The translations under genes were made by a program, and so were the position numbers. The notes under the pieces were generated by a model that had not been told where the DNA came from, did no database searches, and saw only the letters and a list, made by a program, of their open reading frames with translations. Shown here in pieces: positions 40,526 through 54,065 of a DNA stretch of 64,000 nucleotides. Source of the stretch: Octopus sinensis (lineage: Eukaryota). How positions within the stretch are numbered: position 1 is the stretch's first letter; each line of letters begins with the position of its first letter. The stretch lies in the NCBI RefSeq assembly GCF_006345805.1, contig NC_043006.1, positions 43,524,001 to 43,588,000 of the forward strand, written 5' to 3'.

Positions 40526-40720
40526 AAGAAATAAGGTACTCAGAAATCTAGATGGTTTTATATTTACAGATTTTTATTAATATGTCACATGTTTTTATAA
40601 TCTGAAGAATCCACTAGAGTAGATGCAAGCGCTAATATATGATTTATAAAACATGTGACATATTAATAAAAATCTGTAAATATAAAATCATCCAGATTTC
40701 TGAGTACCTTATTTTTTCTT
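40526..40720 (+). mobile_element. ~75-bp inverted repeat with an HHR-like core in the spacer
   Basis: Arms 40526-40602 and 40641-40720. The spacer reads CTGAAGA-ATCCAC(TAGA)GTAGAT-GCAA-GCGC-TA. TA repeats flank both sides. Confidence 0.7.
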
Positions 40721-42080
40721 TTATATATATATATATATATATACACATATATATAAGGTTGAGATATATTTGTGCGTGTGTATTATTGTATATCAGTAGC
40801 TGCTAGAGAGTGCAGCCAACCATCAGGACTTGGAAGCTTGTGTAATTCATTTGTTTGCACTCAAACATTCTACAACATTGGTAGCCTAAAGGATCATCTA
40901 TAATTTCTGTTATTCAGCACATTACAGAAGTAATAATTACCATACTGCTAATGGTGTGGTGGTGGTGGTGATGATGATGATGGTGGGGTAGAAGGATAAA
41001 ACTGGTGTTTGTTCAATTACAGTAGAAACATTTCGTATTAAAAAGGACCATGTTTCACTATCGATGAAAGGGAGAGATTTAATACGGGATTACTTTTAAC
41101 AACCGATTTTATTTGATTTCCTTATTAAAAAGAGCAGAACTTCAGCAAATTGAATAGGTCTGCTGACAAAGTAGAAACTAGCGACAAAGCTAGATTAAGT
41201 GCAACAATATGAAATTATGCTACGTGTAACAAAAGGGGAGTGATGCAGTTATCAATAGTTGGAATGATATCTAGGTATCAATTGAATGGCTTGAAATTTG
41301 CAATTCTAGCAATAAGAGCAGAGCAAGTAATTTAATCAGCCCTAGGGAGCCAGAAGAAGTTAGCATGCTAAGAAGAATGAAACTATGTGATATAGACATG
41401 CACATCTTCTGTATGTGACATGTAAGATCAAGAAAAGTAACAGATTGGAACAATGGCTGAAAGTCTATTAACATCCATTTATTTCAGAGATGTGCTGAAG
41501 ATATTTCAATCCTGTTTTGTTAGTTGTAGTCTAATTAAGAAGAATTGAGACTGGGAGCTGAAAGGAATATTCAAATACACCAGACCAACAGTGCAACATT
41601 CAAACATGACAGAGAAGAGCTGCATGACGAAGATTTCAATGAAATTCTATAGAAATCAACATAAACATCATTGGTATGTTTAATATACAACAAAAGATAA
41701 GAGTAGGTACAATACTAACTGTTTGTAGCTGCTGCCATGCATAAAGAAACTAACCCCAAGATCTAATGTGTTGAAGTGTATGTCCACAGCAAGCCACCTC
41801 ACTTCTCTGTATGAAGAATAACTCAAGAATACAAAACAACTCAAGCCCCAGAAGGGTTCAACTGTGACTATCAGAAGAGATGCTCCTAAAGCAGTCTATA
41901 CAAGTTCCTTCTTTACTTTACCTAGCAGATTTCTGTTTTCCTCATAGTTGGTAATTACCAAAGACATCTTTATGCTCCTGTAATCATTCAGGTGCTTAAA
42001 CAACAGTAATCTGATCAGGCGAACCAAAATTCTGTTGTGCCAGTACAAATCTTGATTGCTCAGTTAAATTAGTTCTCACA

Positions 42081-42330
42081 CAGGCACAAGAATGGTTATG
42101 TTGATTAAGAGGCTTGCTCTGCAACTACATGGTGTCAGTCCTACAGCACAACACATTGGGCAGTTTTTCTGGGCTTTTTTACAATAACCATAAGCCAACC
42201 AAAGCTTTGTGAGTAGATTTGGTAGATGGAAATTGAAAGAAGTCTGTCGTGTGTGTGTTTGTATGTGAGTGTGTGCCTTTCTCTTGAGACCAAGAGATAC
42301 TTGTAAATGAGTGCCATCATCATCATCATA
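42081..42330 (+). mobile_element. SINE family A head with the alternative tail, truncated
   Basis: A-type head, then TTGTAAATGAGTGCCA, as in 19408-19873. Confidence 0.6.
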
Positions 42331-43399
42331 CATTATATTTCAGTGGAAGCTCTTGACAGCGGTCTTTCTGAAATGAAGACCCACCCTTTTCACCAACACA
42401 AACACAACAATAACATTTCATTAAGCAGATTAATTAGCATGAACATCAAATGGACAAATCTACACCTCAGTCTCCCCCTCTCCCTTTCCTTTGTTACTAT
42501 CTTTTGTTACTCATTCTTAAACACCAACTGCCTTAAATTAACTGAAATAACTACTTTCTTTAACGTCTCAGGTTATTACATAAAATAAACAACAATAAAT
42601 TTACAGAAACTTCATAATTTACAGATTATTCACTTTCAGCACATATAATGCACAACTGTCAGCTAACCCTCACAAATAGCTGAACACATTACAAATTACA
42701 TTCATTCAGTCTACTATTCACTACATATCTAAATGAAATAATCCTCCTAATTACCTAATTACAAATAGTTTCCTCCCTCCCTGAAGTTCTTGTTCTTCAC
42801 ACATCTTTTCTGTTATTTATGGCAAAAATTGGAAACTATATTCTAAAAGTTTATATGAGATTCATTTCCATTGTAAAGAAGAACTTTCTCTTTTGCCGTA
42901 AAACCATTAAGAGAATATCCTGCTGGTAAAAGCAACAGGTTAGAGAGAAGTTACAAAACAAAAACAAAAACAAAAAATAACTAAAGTATTCAAACAAGCC
43001 TCAGTCCAAATAAATCTTATTGTTCTTTACTAATTAGGATAATGTAATGAGAAATACTGTAGTTGTACTGTAGAATGTACTCCAGTATCTTTATTATTTT
43101 TCTGGTAATTATATTTTAATGATCTAGATATTCAAGTATATCTCTTTTGATTCTTAATAGTAGACATCTTTGTTACAGATACCATTGAATTCTTATGATA
43201 CAGTAATTCAGGTATATCACAGTATCTTTTTCAACTGTTGATATATATATAGAGAGATAGAAATAAATTTCACATCTAAATAGTTTTATTATAAATTTGA
43301 AATCTAATCCACATCTGTAAATAGAGAACACAGTTAACTTCAAGAAGAGTAGATATTTATCTATCACATAGATAAATGTATTCATTCATATGTGAAACC

Positions 43400-43592
43400 T
43401 AAGAACTAACAGAAACCATGTCTGGAATTCAGAGTATTGTGACAGAAATATTCAAGAGGGTGTCCAAGAAGGAACTGGACAGAGTTTTCAATCTAGACTC
43501 CTGTATAATGACAATGAATGCAGAGATCAAAAAGAAATAAAATTTAATGAATGGATGACACAGGGAAAAACAGAGCTCATTCAGAGAAACAG
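43400..43592 (+). mobile_element. Possible highly decayed R4-type RT fragment
   Basis: 43549-43587 encodes EWMTQGKTELIQR, resembling the P.W.T.G.T.LI.K motif. The surrounding match is weak. Confidence 0.3.
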
Positions 43593-44072
43593 AATGTCTT
43601 GTAATGATGATAGAATGAAGAGATGGAGTGGGGAGCCAAGGTCAGAGACATGCATTTAATGTGGGTCCAACAATTAGAGAATAGCTCTAATGTCAATGTT
43701 AGCAACAATATTTCAATAATAGATTTAGGTACTCAAAATAGAGAAATTTTGAGTCAAATTAACCCTCAACGCATTGATTAAATTTTAGCTTATCATTTCA
43801 TATGCAAATCAGTTCTTGCAGTAAAAATGAAATGTGTTTACTACATCATATGAAATAGAGAATTCCAGAAAGACTACTACTATTAAAAATGGGTTAACTC
43901 TGTTTCCAGGTCTCAGTGTACACACAGCACAGGACCATGTATACTTGGTTCCCACAGAGTAAGGGTTTTAAACACTAAATCTAATCTGGATATTTGAGAT
44001 AGGAATAAGTTTTTATCCTCATAAGGGAAATAAGTTATATTATAGTAGAGTTTTAATCATTTTAATGATGTG

Positions 44073-44264
44073 CTTTCTTTTACTTGTTTCAGTCATTTGA
44101 CTGTGGCCATGTTGGAGTACCACCTTTAGTCGAGGAAATCGACCCTAGGACTTATTCTTTGTAAGCCTAGTACTTATTCTATCGGTCTCTTTTGCCGAAC
44201 CGCTAAGTTACAGGGACATAAACACTCCAGCACCAGTTGTCAAGCAATGTTGGTGGGGACAAAA

Positions 44265-44299
<35 letters not shown>

Positions 44300-44462
44300 C
44301 GACGGGCTTCTTTCAGTTTCCGTCTACCAAATCCACTCACAAGGCTTTGGTCAGCCCAAGGCTATAGTAGAAGACACTGCCCAAGGTGCAATGCAGTGGG
44401 ACTGAACCCAGAACCCTGTGGTTGGTAAACAAGCTACTTTCCACACAGCCACTCCTGCACCT
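44073..44462 (-). mobile_element. SINE family A, full length
   Basis: Close homologue of 12406-12819. Confidence 0.9.
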
Positions 44463-45699
44463 ACACAATAAATGGTTAATAGAGCATGTGAAGATTTTAG
44501 TAGTAAATAAGACATGTAATTCTGTAACATAATGCACCATAGATATGAGTGGGGGGGGACTTTTAATCACTGATTTGGTAGAATGATTATCGTGCAACAA
44601 CAAAGAACAAGTGTGTTGCTGTTTTTCAACCATAGATTTGTCCTGAAAAGCAGAGCAAATGTTAAAGGTTTTCCAATCTAATTTTATTTTCAGACTTCGC
44701 TTTTCCAGATCTATATCATCCAATGTGTCTTGTTTTGTTTTTATTTTTTTTTTTAAAGATGATAGCATGCTATTTGAGGGAAATTTCAGTTATTTTTAGC
44801 AGGTTGAGTAATTTTATAGAAGCTACAAAGTGTGTTCAACAGGATTTGTGTTGGGGAAAGCTTTCCACTAAGAAACATAATATTTTTTTTCTTTTTTAAA
44901 CTTGAAGATATTGTAATGGAAACAGAAATTTTTTACAGGAGGTCACAGAAAGCAAAATAACACATTTAAGGAGGGGAGAAAAGCGTAGATTTATGGGGCA
45001 GAAAAAATCAAGAGAGGCATTAGCATTTATCAGCCTCTAGTTAGAACAAAATTGTTGCAATGTTTCTGTAGAATAAAGGTAAAAACCAGGGTTTAACGCA
45101 GCAGAATGTCTGAGTCATATCTATTATAAGAATTCATAACTCTAACACCACTGTAGGTGTTGGAATATAATTTTCAAGAGACAGCATGCAGATATTATAA
45201 TACCTGAAGAATTGACATAGGATGTATGTATGTGTGTGAGTGTCAATAGTGAATATCAAAGCCATGTTGTAACAGCAATGATCACTGAGATAATAGATGT
45301 TGACACCTTAATGAGCAGATATTATATAACAGAAGGTATCTGGAATTATATATTGAATAATATGTTATGATTACCTACAGTGTTTCTTTAACATGACAGG
45401 GCAGCTTTCAATGAATCATCTCAGTGTTCTTATATATTTTGATAGATTTACCAAGTAGCAGGAATAGTAGAAGCGAAAGTATTGAATAATAGCAATAGCA
45501 ATGGCCACTGCAGCTGAAGTAACAGTAACAGGGTATTATAGGTTTCTTAAGTAAGGCTGAAACTTCTAGAACTAAATGTCTTACAATGCCAATATATATA
45601 TATATATATATATAGGATGATATAATTTCATAATTGGCAAACCAGGTGTTTAGTATAATATCCACTTGGTCATTTCATCTATAGTGTAATAATAACAAT

Positions 45700-46060
45700 A
45701 ATCCTTTCTACTCAAGGCACAAGGCCTGAAATTGGGGGAGGGGCTTAAGTCGATCACATTGACACCCAGTACTCGAATGGTACTTAATTTATCGACCCCG
45801 AAAGGATGAAAGGCAAAGTCGACCTTGGCGGAATTTGAACTCAGAATGTAAAAACGGATGAAATGCCACTAAGCACTTTGCCTGGCACACAAATGGTTCT
45901 GCCAGCTCACAGCCTTTATTATATTAATAATAATAATAATGATAATAATAAAACTGCCTACTATGGGAATAAGGCCTGAAATTGGTGGTGGGAGGGGGGT
46001 ACTAGTCAATTACATGGACACCAGTGCTAAACTGGTACCTATTTCAAAGTCAACCACAGC

Positions 46061-46094
<34 letters not shown>

Positions 46095-46568
46095 TGATGA
46101 TGATAATAATAATATCAATAGTAATAATGGTTTCAAATTTTGACACAAGGCCAGTAATTTCGGGGGAGGGGGTGAAGTCACATCAACCTCAGTGTTCAAC
46201 TGGTACATATTTTATCGATCCCAAAAGGATAAAAGGCAAGGTCAACCTTGCAGAATTTGGACTCAAAACGTAAGGATGGATGAAATGCCATTAAGCATTT
46301 TGCCTGGCATGCTAACAGTTCTGCCAGCTAGCTGCAATAATAATAATAATAATGCATGCTATTATAGGCACAAGGCCTGAAATTTTGGGGGAGGGGGCTA
46401 GTCAATGACATCGACCCCAGTGCGTAACTGGTACTTATTTCATTGACTCTTGAAAGGATGAAAGGCAAAGTTGACCTCGGTGGAATTTGAACTCAGAATG
46501 TAGCGACAGGCAAAATACCGCTAAGCATTTCATCCAGCATGTTAACAATTCTGCCAACTTGCTGCCTT
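45700..46568 (-). mobile_element. Cluster of four SINE family B copies or fragments separated by (TAA)n
   Basis: About 45700-45916, 45952-46060, 46129-46330 and 46356-46568. Confidence 0.85.
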
Positions 46569-47189
46569 AACAACAACAATAATAATAATAACGATAATAA
46601 TAATAATAATAATAAAAATCTAGTTTCTTGTATAAAGCAATAGAGTATATTTATGGCACATATTTTATTAAGTGAGGAAATATATAAACGCCCAAGCTGA
46701 GCTAGACTGAATCTGAAGGTGGAATTAAATATTGTAAAACATCTAGTTTGGTCCTTCCTCCTTCCCTCTCTTTCCCCCATCTCTCGCCCCTCCCCCCACA
46801 CACACACGCATGCATGCACGTCCACACATACACACACGCACTATTATGATATTATATAATAAAATTATATATAATATGAGATTATAAAACGATAAGGGAT
46901 GGTGGAAGTCTGTAAAAGCAAGTAAGTTGATGGAACCTGTTACCAAATATTGGAGAGTTAACCAATTTGATGTTAGACGTATAGCTTTTATACTATAAAA
47001 CAAAATTGCAGCAGCAGCAACAACAACATTGAAATGATGGCAAAGAAATACAAATCAGGCAAAAACATATATAATATAGTCTTGGAGTGGAATGAACTCT
47101 ATGTGGAGACTTCAGAGAAATCTCAAGTCTGAAGAGCACATAAACAAATCACACAGCCAACTACACAAATAAAAATCATTCCTGCAAAA

Positions 47190-47248
47190 ATAATGTTATA
47201 TACATATGTATATACATATATATATATATATATATATTATATATACAC

Positions 47249-47280
<32 letters not shown>

Positions 47281-47473
47281 TACATATGTATATATATGAA
47301 TATATATACATACATATGTATGTATATATACATACATATGTATGTATATATACATACATATGTATATATATGTATATATATATATATAATATATATATAC
47401 ATACATATATATATATACATATATATATACATATATATATATATGTATGTATGTACGTATGTATGTATGCATG

Positions 47474-47504
<31 letters not shown>

Positions 47505-47720
47505 ATATAACTATATATATATACACATACACACAAAAATGTTACAGATATATACATACCCACACACATTACATATATAATATGTAATGTGTAATGTGTG
47601 TGGGTATGTATATATCTGTAACATTTGTGTGTATGTGTATATATATATATATATATATATTTATATACACACACACACACACACACAGATATATACATGC
47701 ACACGTCTATGTGTGTGTGT
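47190..47720. repeat. Long compound (TA)/(CA)/(TATG) microsatellite
   Basis: Directly visible; source of six spurious ORFs. Confidence 0.95.
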
Positions 47721-48215
47721 GGATGTGTTTTAAAAATATATACATATAAGCACATATTCTCTTACATGTACACTCTAAATGTGTGCGTGTGTGTGTGTAA
47801 GCCAATATTTATAAACGTATTTGAATTTTATATATTTTGTGTGCATGCATGCCTGTCTCTGTGTGTGTGTATATGTGTGTGTGTGTGGCGTGTGCAATGT
47901 GAAAGAGTTTTTGCTTCTATTCCACACCAAACGAATGAAATACAATAAAACCCCATACACACATTTTATTTACTTGGACTTCTTCCTAATAGATGGTTTG
48001 TGGATAAAAAAGAAAGAGGATAGTGTAGGGACAGTACAAGGTACAGGAAGAGAGGGTGGAGAAAAAAAAAAGAAAGGGGGGGCAGGAAAGCAAAAGAGAA
48101 TTAATACATTTTTTTTTTCCTACGCAGATTTAGAAATCAATCAACAATAAGCGTTGGTTCTTTTCCTCTCTTTTTTTTTTATTTTTCTCCCCTTCATATT
48201 GGACTTCATAACATA

Positions 48216-48294
48216 TTATACAGGAAGCAAAAGCATGAAAGACGGAACGGTTAAGAGGCTGGGGCTGGTGGTGGCGGCGTTGTCAGTGCTACTG
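48216..48294 (-). CDS. Candidate terminal exon (xSSTDNAATTSPSLLTVPSFMLLLPV*), GPI-signal-like
   Basis: Branch-like CTAAC (48343-48347), a ~30-nt pyrimidine tract, a CAGCAG tandem acceptor and a CpG-retaining body. Identity unknown. Confidence 0.3.
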
Positions 48295-49206
48295 CTGCAG
48301 CGAATATGGTGGGGGGGGGGAGGAAAAAAAAAAAAATGAAAGGTTAGATATCGTAAATGATGGGATTAATCAGAGATTAGGATTAAAAGATGGAACAAAT
48401 TGTTGGGGTAACACACAAAGAATGACAAGAACAGGTTGAACAGAAAAAAAATAAATAAATATATATATATATATAAAATGTTAAACACACATACATGTAC
48501 GCATATATGTGAATGTGTGTCGATATACATATGTACATACACGCACATATATACATATATACATTGTGTGTATATATGTGCATATATATATACCTTATAT
48601 GCACAGACACACATGGGAAAGGGAATACTGTCATATATACAACATTCCTGTGGGTCATAATAGCAGAATGGTACCTGCTGTCATCTATAAACCAGAAAAT
48701 TATACAGAAATGGAGAGAGGTGGTGTGTGGGGGGCGGGGGGGGGATAAAAGAAAAAGAATAAAACCCAAATCTTTCAGAACCTTATAAATAATGTTTTAT
48801 ACACAGTGGAATCTCAGTTTATGAATTTAATTTGTTCCTGAAGGCCTTTCGTCACCTAGAATGTTTGTAAATTGAAACTATTTTTTCCCAAAGGTAATTC
48901 AAGAGATTGCATGGCAAATTCAAGCAGAGATGTGCACTGAATGAAAGCTAAACGCCAACAGATACTCTTCTGCTGATAATCCCAGCTTGTTGCTCACCCG
49001 TTGTTGCTGACTCGTGTGTTCGTTCCTCAAAACACCTGAGATGTTTGTCACCTGAGACGTCTTCATTAGCAGCATCATCATCATCATTGCTTAACATCTG
49101 CTTTCCATGCTGACATTGGTCGTTTTATGCTCAAAAAATTGTTTATAAACCAATTTGTTCATGATAAGAGGCATCTGTAAACTGAGCTTCCACAGTGTGA
49201 TTGTGT

Positions 49207-49258
<52 letters not shown>

Positions 49259-49294
49259 ATGTGTGTGTGTTTGTGTGTATATATATAAATATAT

Positions 49295-49500
49295 TTCATT
49301 TTGGGATTTGATTTGCAAGATTCTTTACGTGAGTTCATGTGTTGAAGCATATTCTATTGTGTCTGGGGAGAGTCATTCCCTTTTAGTGCCTTATAATTTA
49401 ACACCAGTAAAATTTCCAAAGAAGGAAATGAGTGGAAATTTTACCAGTGAGTGTGTTAAATTATAAGGTACTAAAAGAGAATGACCCTCCCCAGACACAA
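49295..49500. mobile_element. Head-to-head inverted pair of a repeat (foldback), TA-flanked
   Basis: Arms 49357-49418 and 49433-49500. The left arm plus its extension (49295-49418) is the reverse complement of 57023-57154. Confidence 0.8.
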
Positions 49501-49503
49501 CAG

Positions 49504-49540
<37 letters not shown>

Positions 49541-49944
49541 TTGAATAAGTCAACAAGAAGGAATATGGTCAGACAGTTGCTTAATAATCACTACACCTGT
49601 TTCCATACAACATAGATCTTCCTATATACAGGATTTAAATTATGCAACAGTTTACCTGCATAATGGGATCCAGTTGCACTTCTTCAGGCAATATACAATT
49701 GCTGTCCCTATTAGTTACAAAACCTTCGACTTCGCTGCCAAAACATCCATCTTGTCGACTCTATTTTATTCAATTTTACTTTCACACACAAAGAATGCCT
49801 AAACCTAGACTTGGAAGTATACTGTAATACTACCAGCCATTTGGTAATTCTAAAGGAATTCTAAAGGTGAACGAGCTCTATATTGTACTCTGTTGCATTC
49901 CTAATGGAATACATCTTAACATCTTATATATATATTCTTTTACC

Positions 49945-50371
49945 CTTTTACTCTCTTATTTGTTTCAGTCATTTGACTGTAGCCATGCTGGAGCACTGCT
50001 TTTAGAGCAAATCAACCCTAAAACTTATTCTTTGCAAACCTAGTACTTATTCTATCAGGCTTTTTTTGCCAAACAGCTAAGTTACAGGGACGTAAACACA
50101 CCAGCATCAGCTGACAAGTGATGTTGGTGGGGGACATACACAGACACACAAACATATACACACACACATACATATATATACATATATATATATACACACA
50201 CATATATACAATGGGTTTCTTTCAGTTTCCGTCTACCAAATCCACTCATAAGGCTTTGGTTGGCCCGAGACTATAGTAGAAGACACTTGCCCAAGGTGCC
50301 ACGCAGTGGGACTGAACCCAGAACCATGTGGTTTGTAAGCAAGCTACTGACCACAGCCACTCCTACACCTG
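49945..50371 (-). mobile_element. SINE family A, full length
   Basis: Close homologue of the other A copies. Confidence 0.9.
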
Positions 50372-50592
50372 CATGTTAATCAGAAAAATCCATGATGTAC
50401 TGAGTGCATGACAGGTGAACCACGATAGGTGAATTGTGATATGGTGAGAGATTACTGTATATATATAAATATAATAAAAGGGTAAAATTAATTAATTCAT
50501 TAATTAATCAATCAATTAATTAATTAATAATTAATAATTTTACCAAGTAGTTCGGTACATTAAAATAACCTTTTTAGGTAAAATTATACAAA

Positions 50593-50753
50593 TATTCTAT
50601 AATTATAAACATAATTATAATCAGGGGTCTGCTAATTGCTTCACCAGGCACTGAATTTAGAAGTACACTGTATACCATAATACTACCTAAATTCGGTGCA
50701 TGGTGAAACAATCAGCTGACTCCCATTATAATTATGTTTATAATTATAGAATA
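50593..50753. repeat. 73-bp imperfect inverted repeat with 15-nt loop, adjoining (TA)n
   Basis: TATTCTATAATTATAAACATAATTATAAT...GAATTTAGAAGTA (50593-50665) pairs with 50681-50753. Confidence 0.85.
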
Positions 50754-53267
50754 TATATATATATATATATATGTATGCTTGAGTATGTAATTGCGTAAGT
50801 CAGTGTAAACACCTAAACATGTCACTAAAGGGAGATAACTTCCAGTAGAGGGATTCCACCAGTTAATAAATAGACATCACTATAGTAAGTATCAGAATAA
50901 GCAATGGATTATATGTAAGAGAGATAAATAAATGAATCAATAAAAACCCTTAAATGTGGTGCCCCAACATGGCCACTGTCCCATGACTGGAACTGGTGAC
51001 AGAAAATTAAAAGGTCATATATTTGAAATGAAGTGTGTTTTTCTGTTGCTTTTTATTTTTGGCTAAATATTCTGTTTCAAAAGCAAAACTCCTTAAACTT
51101 GAACATAAACGAAAATTTTCTATTTTCATGGTTTACATCTTCGTCGCTAGACTGTAGTATGAAATGGGTAAGAACAAGCTAAGGGGATTGTGGCAAGTGT
51201 GGTTGGTGAAAGTAAATAAACAGCTGCCACTTTCCTTTTATTTTTCCACTACTTGGAAGTAAATATTTTCGCTTCTCTTTTTATCATTTCTGTCTCTTAT
51301 CATTCCAATAAATTACAGAGATATTTCTTAAAAAAAAAAAAAATTTTTTTTAAACTAGCAGAAACTGGAGATGAAAACAAATGTTCAATTTATTTGTTTT
51401 ATCTATTAATTTTTTTGTTATATTCATTTCAATTTTATTTTTCATTAAGAGCATATTTTCTGTCTTTTTAGTAATACAGAAAATTGATTGGTATTTTTTA
51501 AACGAATGTAATTCAGCACCTAAAACAAAGCACAGCAGAACAAGCATTAACCCTTTAAGATATTTCAAGTTGATGGTGATTAAAAAAATGCAAGAACAGG
51601 TAAGAAGAAAAAAAAAAAGAAAAAGAAAAAAAGAAAGCTAATTTATAAGGTAGATCTCTGTAAGCTTGTGTAATAAAACACTGAAATTTTTAAATACTAA
51701 AGCTGATCTTCAATTCAACAAGAGGGAAAAAAATTTAAATGTCACACGTTGCTCTTCAGCACAATACATCAGGTAACTTTTACTATCATTATTATTATTA
51801 TTATTATTATTATCATTACTATTATTGGTGTGTGTATTTGTATCTGGAACAAGTTTAAAGAGTCCCTAAAATAATTCTGAAAGCTTGCCAGCTATAAGAA
51901 AATGGTTTCTTTACTAAGAGAGCATGTGTGTGTGAGAGAGAGAGAGAAAGAGAGAGTATAACTGCAAAAAAAAGTAGATCAAAAAATGAAAGAAAAAATG
52001 GAGGAAAAAAATGAGTGAAGGTTTTTATCTCTTTCCTGTTTGATGTTATTTTCTGTTGACTGGAACCAATGTTATAATGGTAAAGAACAGCACTAGTGAA
52101 GAGAGGAGAGGACATTGGAATAGAGAGTACTTACATGTGAAGGAATGTACAGATCAAACACTGTATGTGTGTCCAAGTCAATAGCGTGAAAGCCTATACT
52201 GGAAGCATATATTACTTTCAATCTTTGATTCTCTTCAATGGTGAGGTCCACTAACAGAGGTCGATTTTGTAGCTCAGGTATGGACTGGAAAACAAAAAGA
52301 AAAACAAATGATGATAATAATAATAATAATAATAATAAATAGATTAAAGAAGTAAAAAAAAAACATGTGCGGACTAGAAATAAGTTTATTTCGATGTCAA
52401 AAGAAATAAATTATTTAGCATTATTCTCAGGCATGTCGCTATGATTTCTTGTATGAATTATTATAAGACAGAAGCTGAAATACAGGAGAGAGAGAGGGAG
52501 AGAGAAAGGCAAAGAGAGGTGCACAAATATACCTTATTCAGTGATGCTCAAATGATATCCATGTACACACATATATGTAAGCACAATGGCTGAGAAGTTA
52601 AGGTGCTATAGCCAATGGTTTTTTTTTTGTCTATTTTTCTTCATTTTTTTTTTTCTTTCTCCCTGACCAAAGCACATACTACAATTTGTTTCAGCCTGCC
52701 TGGCTAAACAAAAACTAGTTTGCATTCCTGCTTCATGGTTGAAAAGCTAACAGAAGGAAGGACATCCAGCAACAAGAAAAAAAAATTGCCTCCATATACA
52801 TGCAATAGCTATACATAAGGGTATATGTGTGCTTGCATGTGTGTATGGGCATAAGTATATATATACACACATACAGACAGCAGCCATTTGGCAAGGTCTT
52901 AGAGTGTTGGAAAGACTACTTTGTGGTGATCATTCTGGCTGTTTGTGCTATGAGTTCAAATCCTGCCATGATCAACTTTACTTTGCCTCCTTTTGTGGTT
53001 AGTAATGTATCAATATGTGATGGGGTTACTTCTCTTTTTCTTTCTTTTTGTTCATCTGTGTCTTTCTGAAAGACATCGACTGTGGTTAGACTTGGAAAGG
53101 GGTGAGCTCCACAAAAGGGGCGAGCTTCCCAAAACTGTATTCTTATGAGTCCACTACAGAGCAGAGACCCACACATTGTGCTGTATGAATACATAATGTA
53201 GTTTTAGAGTCAGATTTTGACTGCTATTTCTAGCATGGTGATATCTCTTAGATACCCTTAATTATAA

Positions 53268-53641
53268 TCTCTCTCTATATAAACGGCAGTTTGTCTGTGT
53301 GTGTTTCTGTGTGTCTGTTTGCTTGTACCCTCACCCTGACCACGGCTTTCAACCGATTCTGATGAAACTTGACACACACATAGCCCAATGTCATAATTCA
53401 AAACTAACGCAGCGAAAATTTTGAAAAGTTCCCCCAGTCCTGAAAAGAATCGATAAATTCGACATGGGGTCGAGAATAAAAAAAAACAAACCACAGACTG
53501 TTTAGGAGACGCAACTCGACCTTTTTAACTCTCAAAAAAATTTACCATCATTTTTTTTCCATTTTTTTTGCTATAACTCTCTAAAAATGCTTTATAGTTA
53601 TTTCCCTTACAAACCTGAGCAACGCCGGGCGATACTGCTAG
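53268..53641 (+). mobile_element. Non-autonomous Helitron
   Basis: Inserted A|TC ... CTAG|T. 5' end TCTCTCTCTATATAAA; subterminal GC-rich hairpin CCTGAGCAACGCCGGG about 11 nt before CTAG. Confidence 0.85.
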
Positions 53642-53642
53642 T

Positions 53643-53688
<46 letters not shown>

Positions 53689-54065
53689 TGCCATATATTA
53701 GTGTAGCACCTGTCAAAAATGACGGAGTTTATTTGAGAATGGACTACATTATGCAAATGAATATCACACCTTTGCATTACTCTAGTCAGAGAGTGTAATA
53801 AACACACATGCACACACACAGAGTGGGATGTTTACAAACGATTCTATACTGAAAGAAATCAAGTATAAGACAATGACACTTGTTGAAAATTTAAACATTA
53901 TACGAATAGCATTTCTCTCAGAGCACCTCACCTTCACTAAGCTATAAGTAGTCTAGTAGTGCACTGTTAACTTCAACATTAACCAATGACGTACAAAGTC
54001 ACAGAAACAACCAAAATTATGAACACAAAAATACAAACAAGATATGGTGTAGTATAATACAATGT

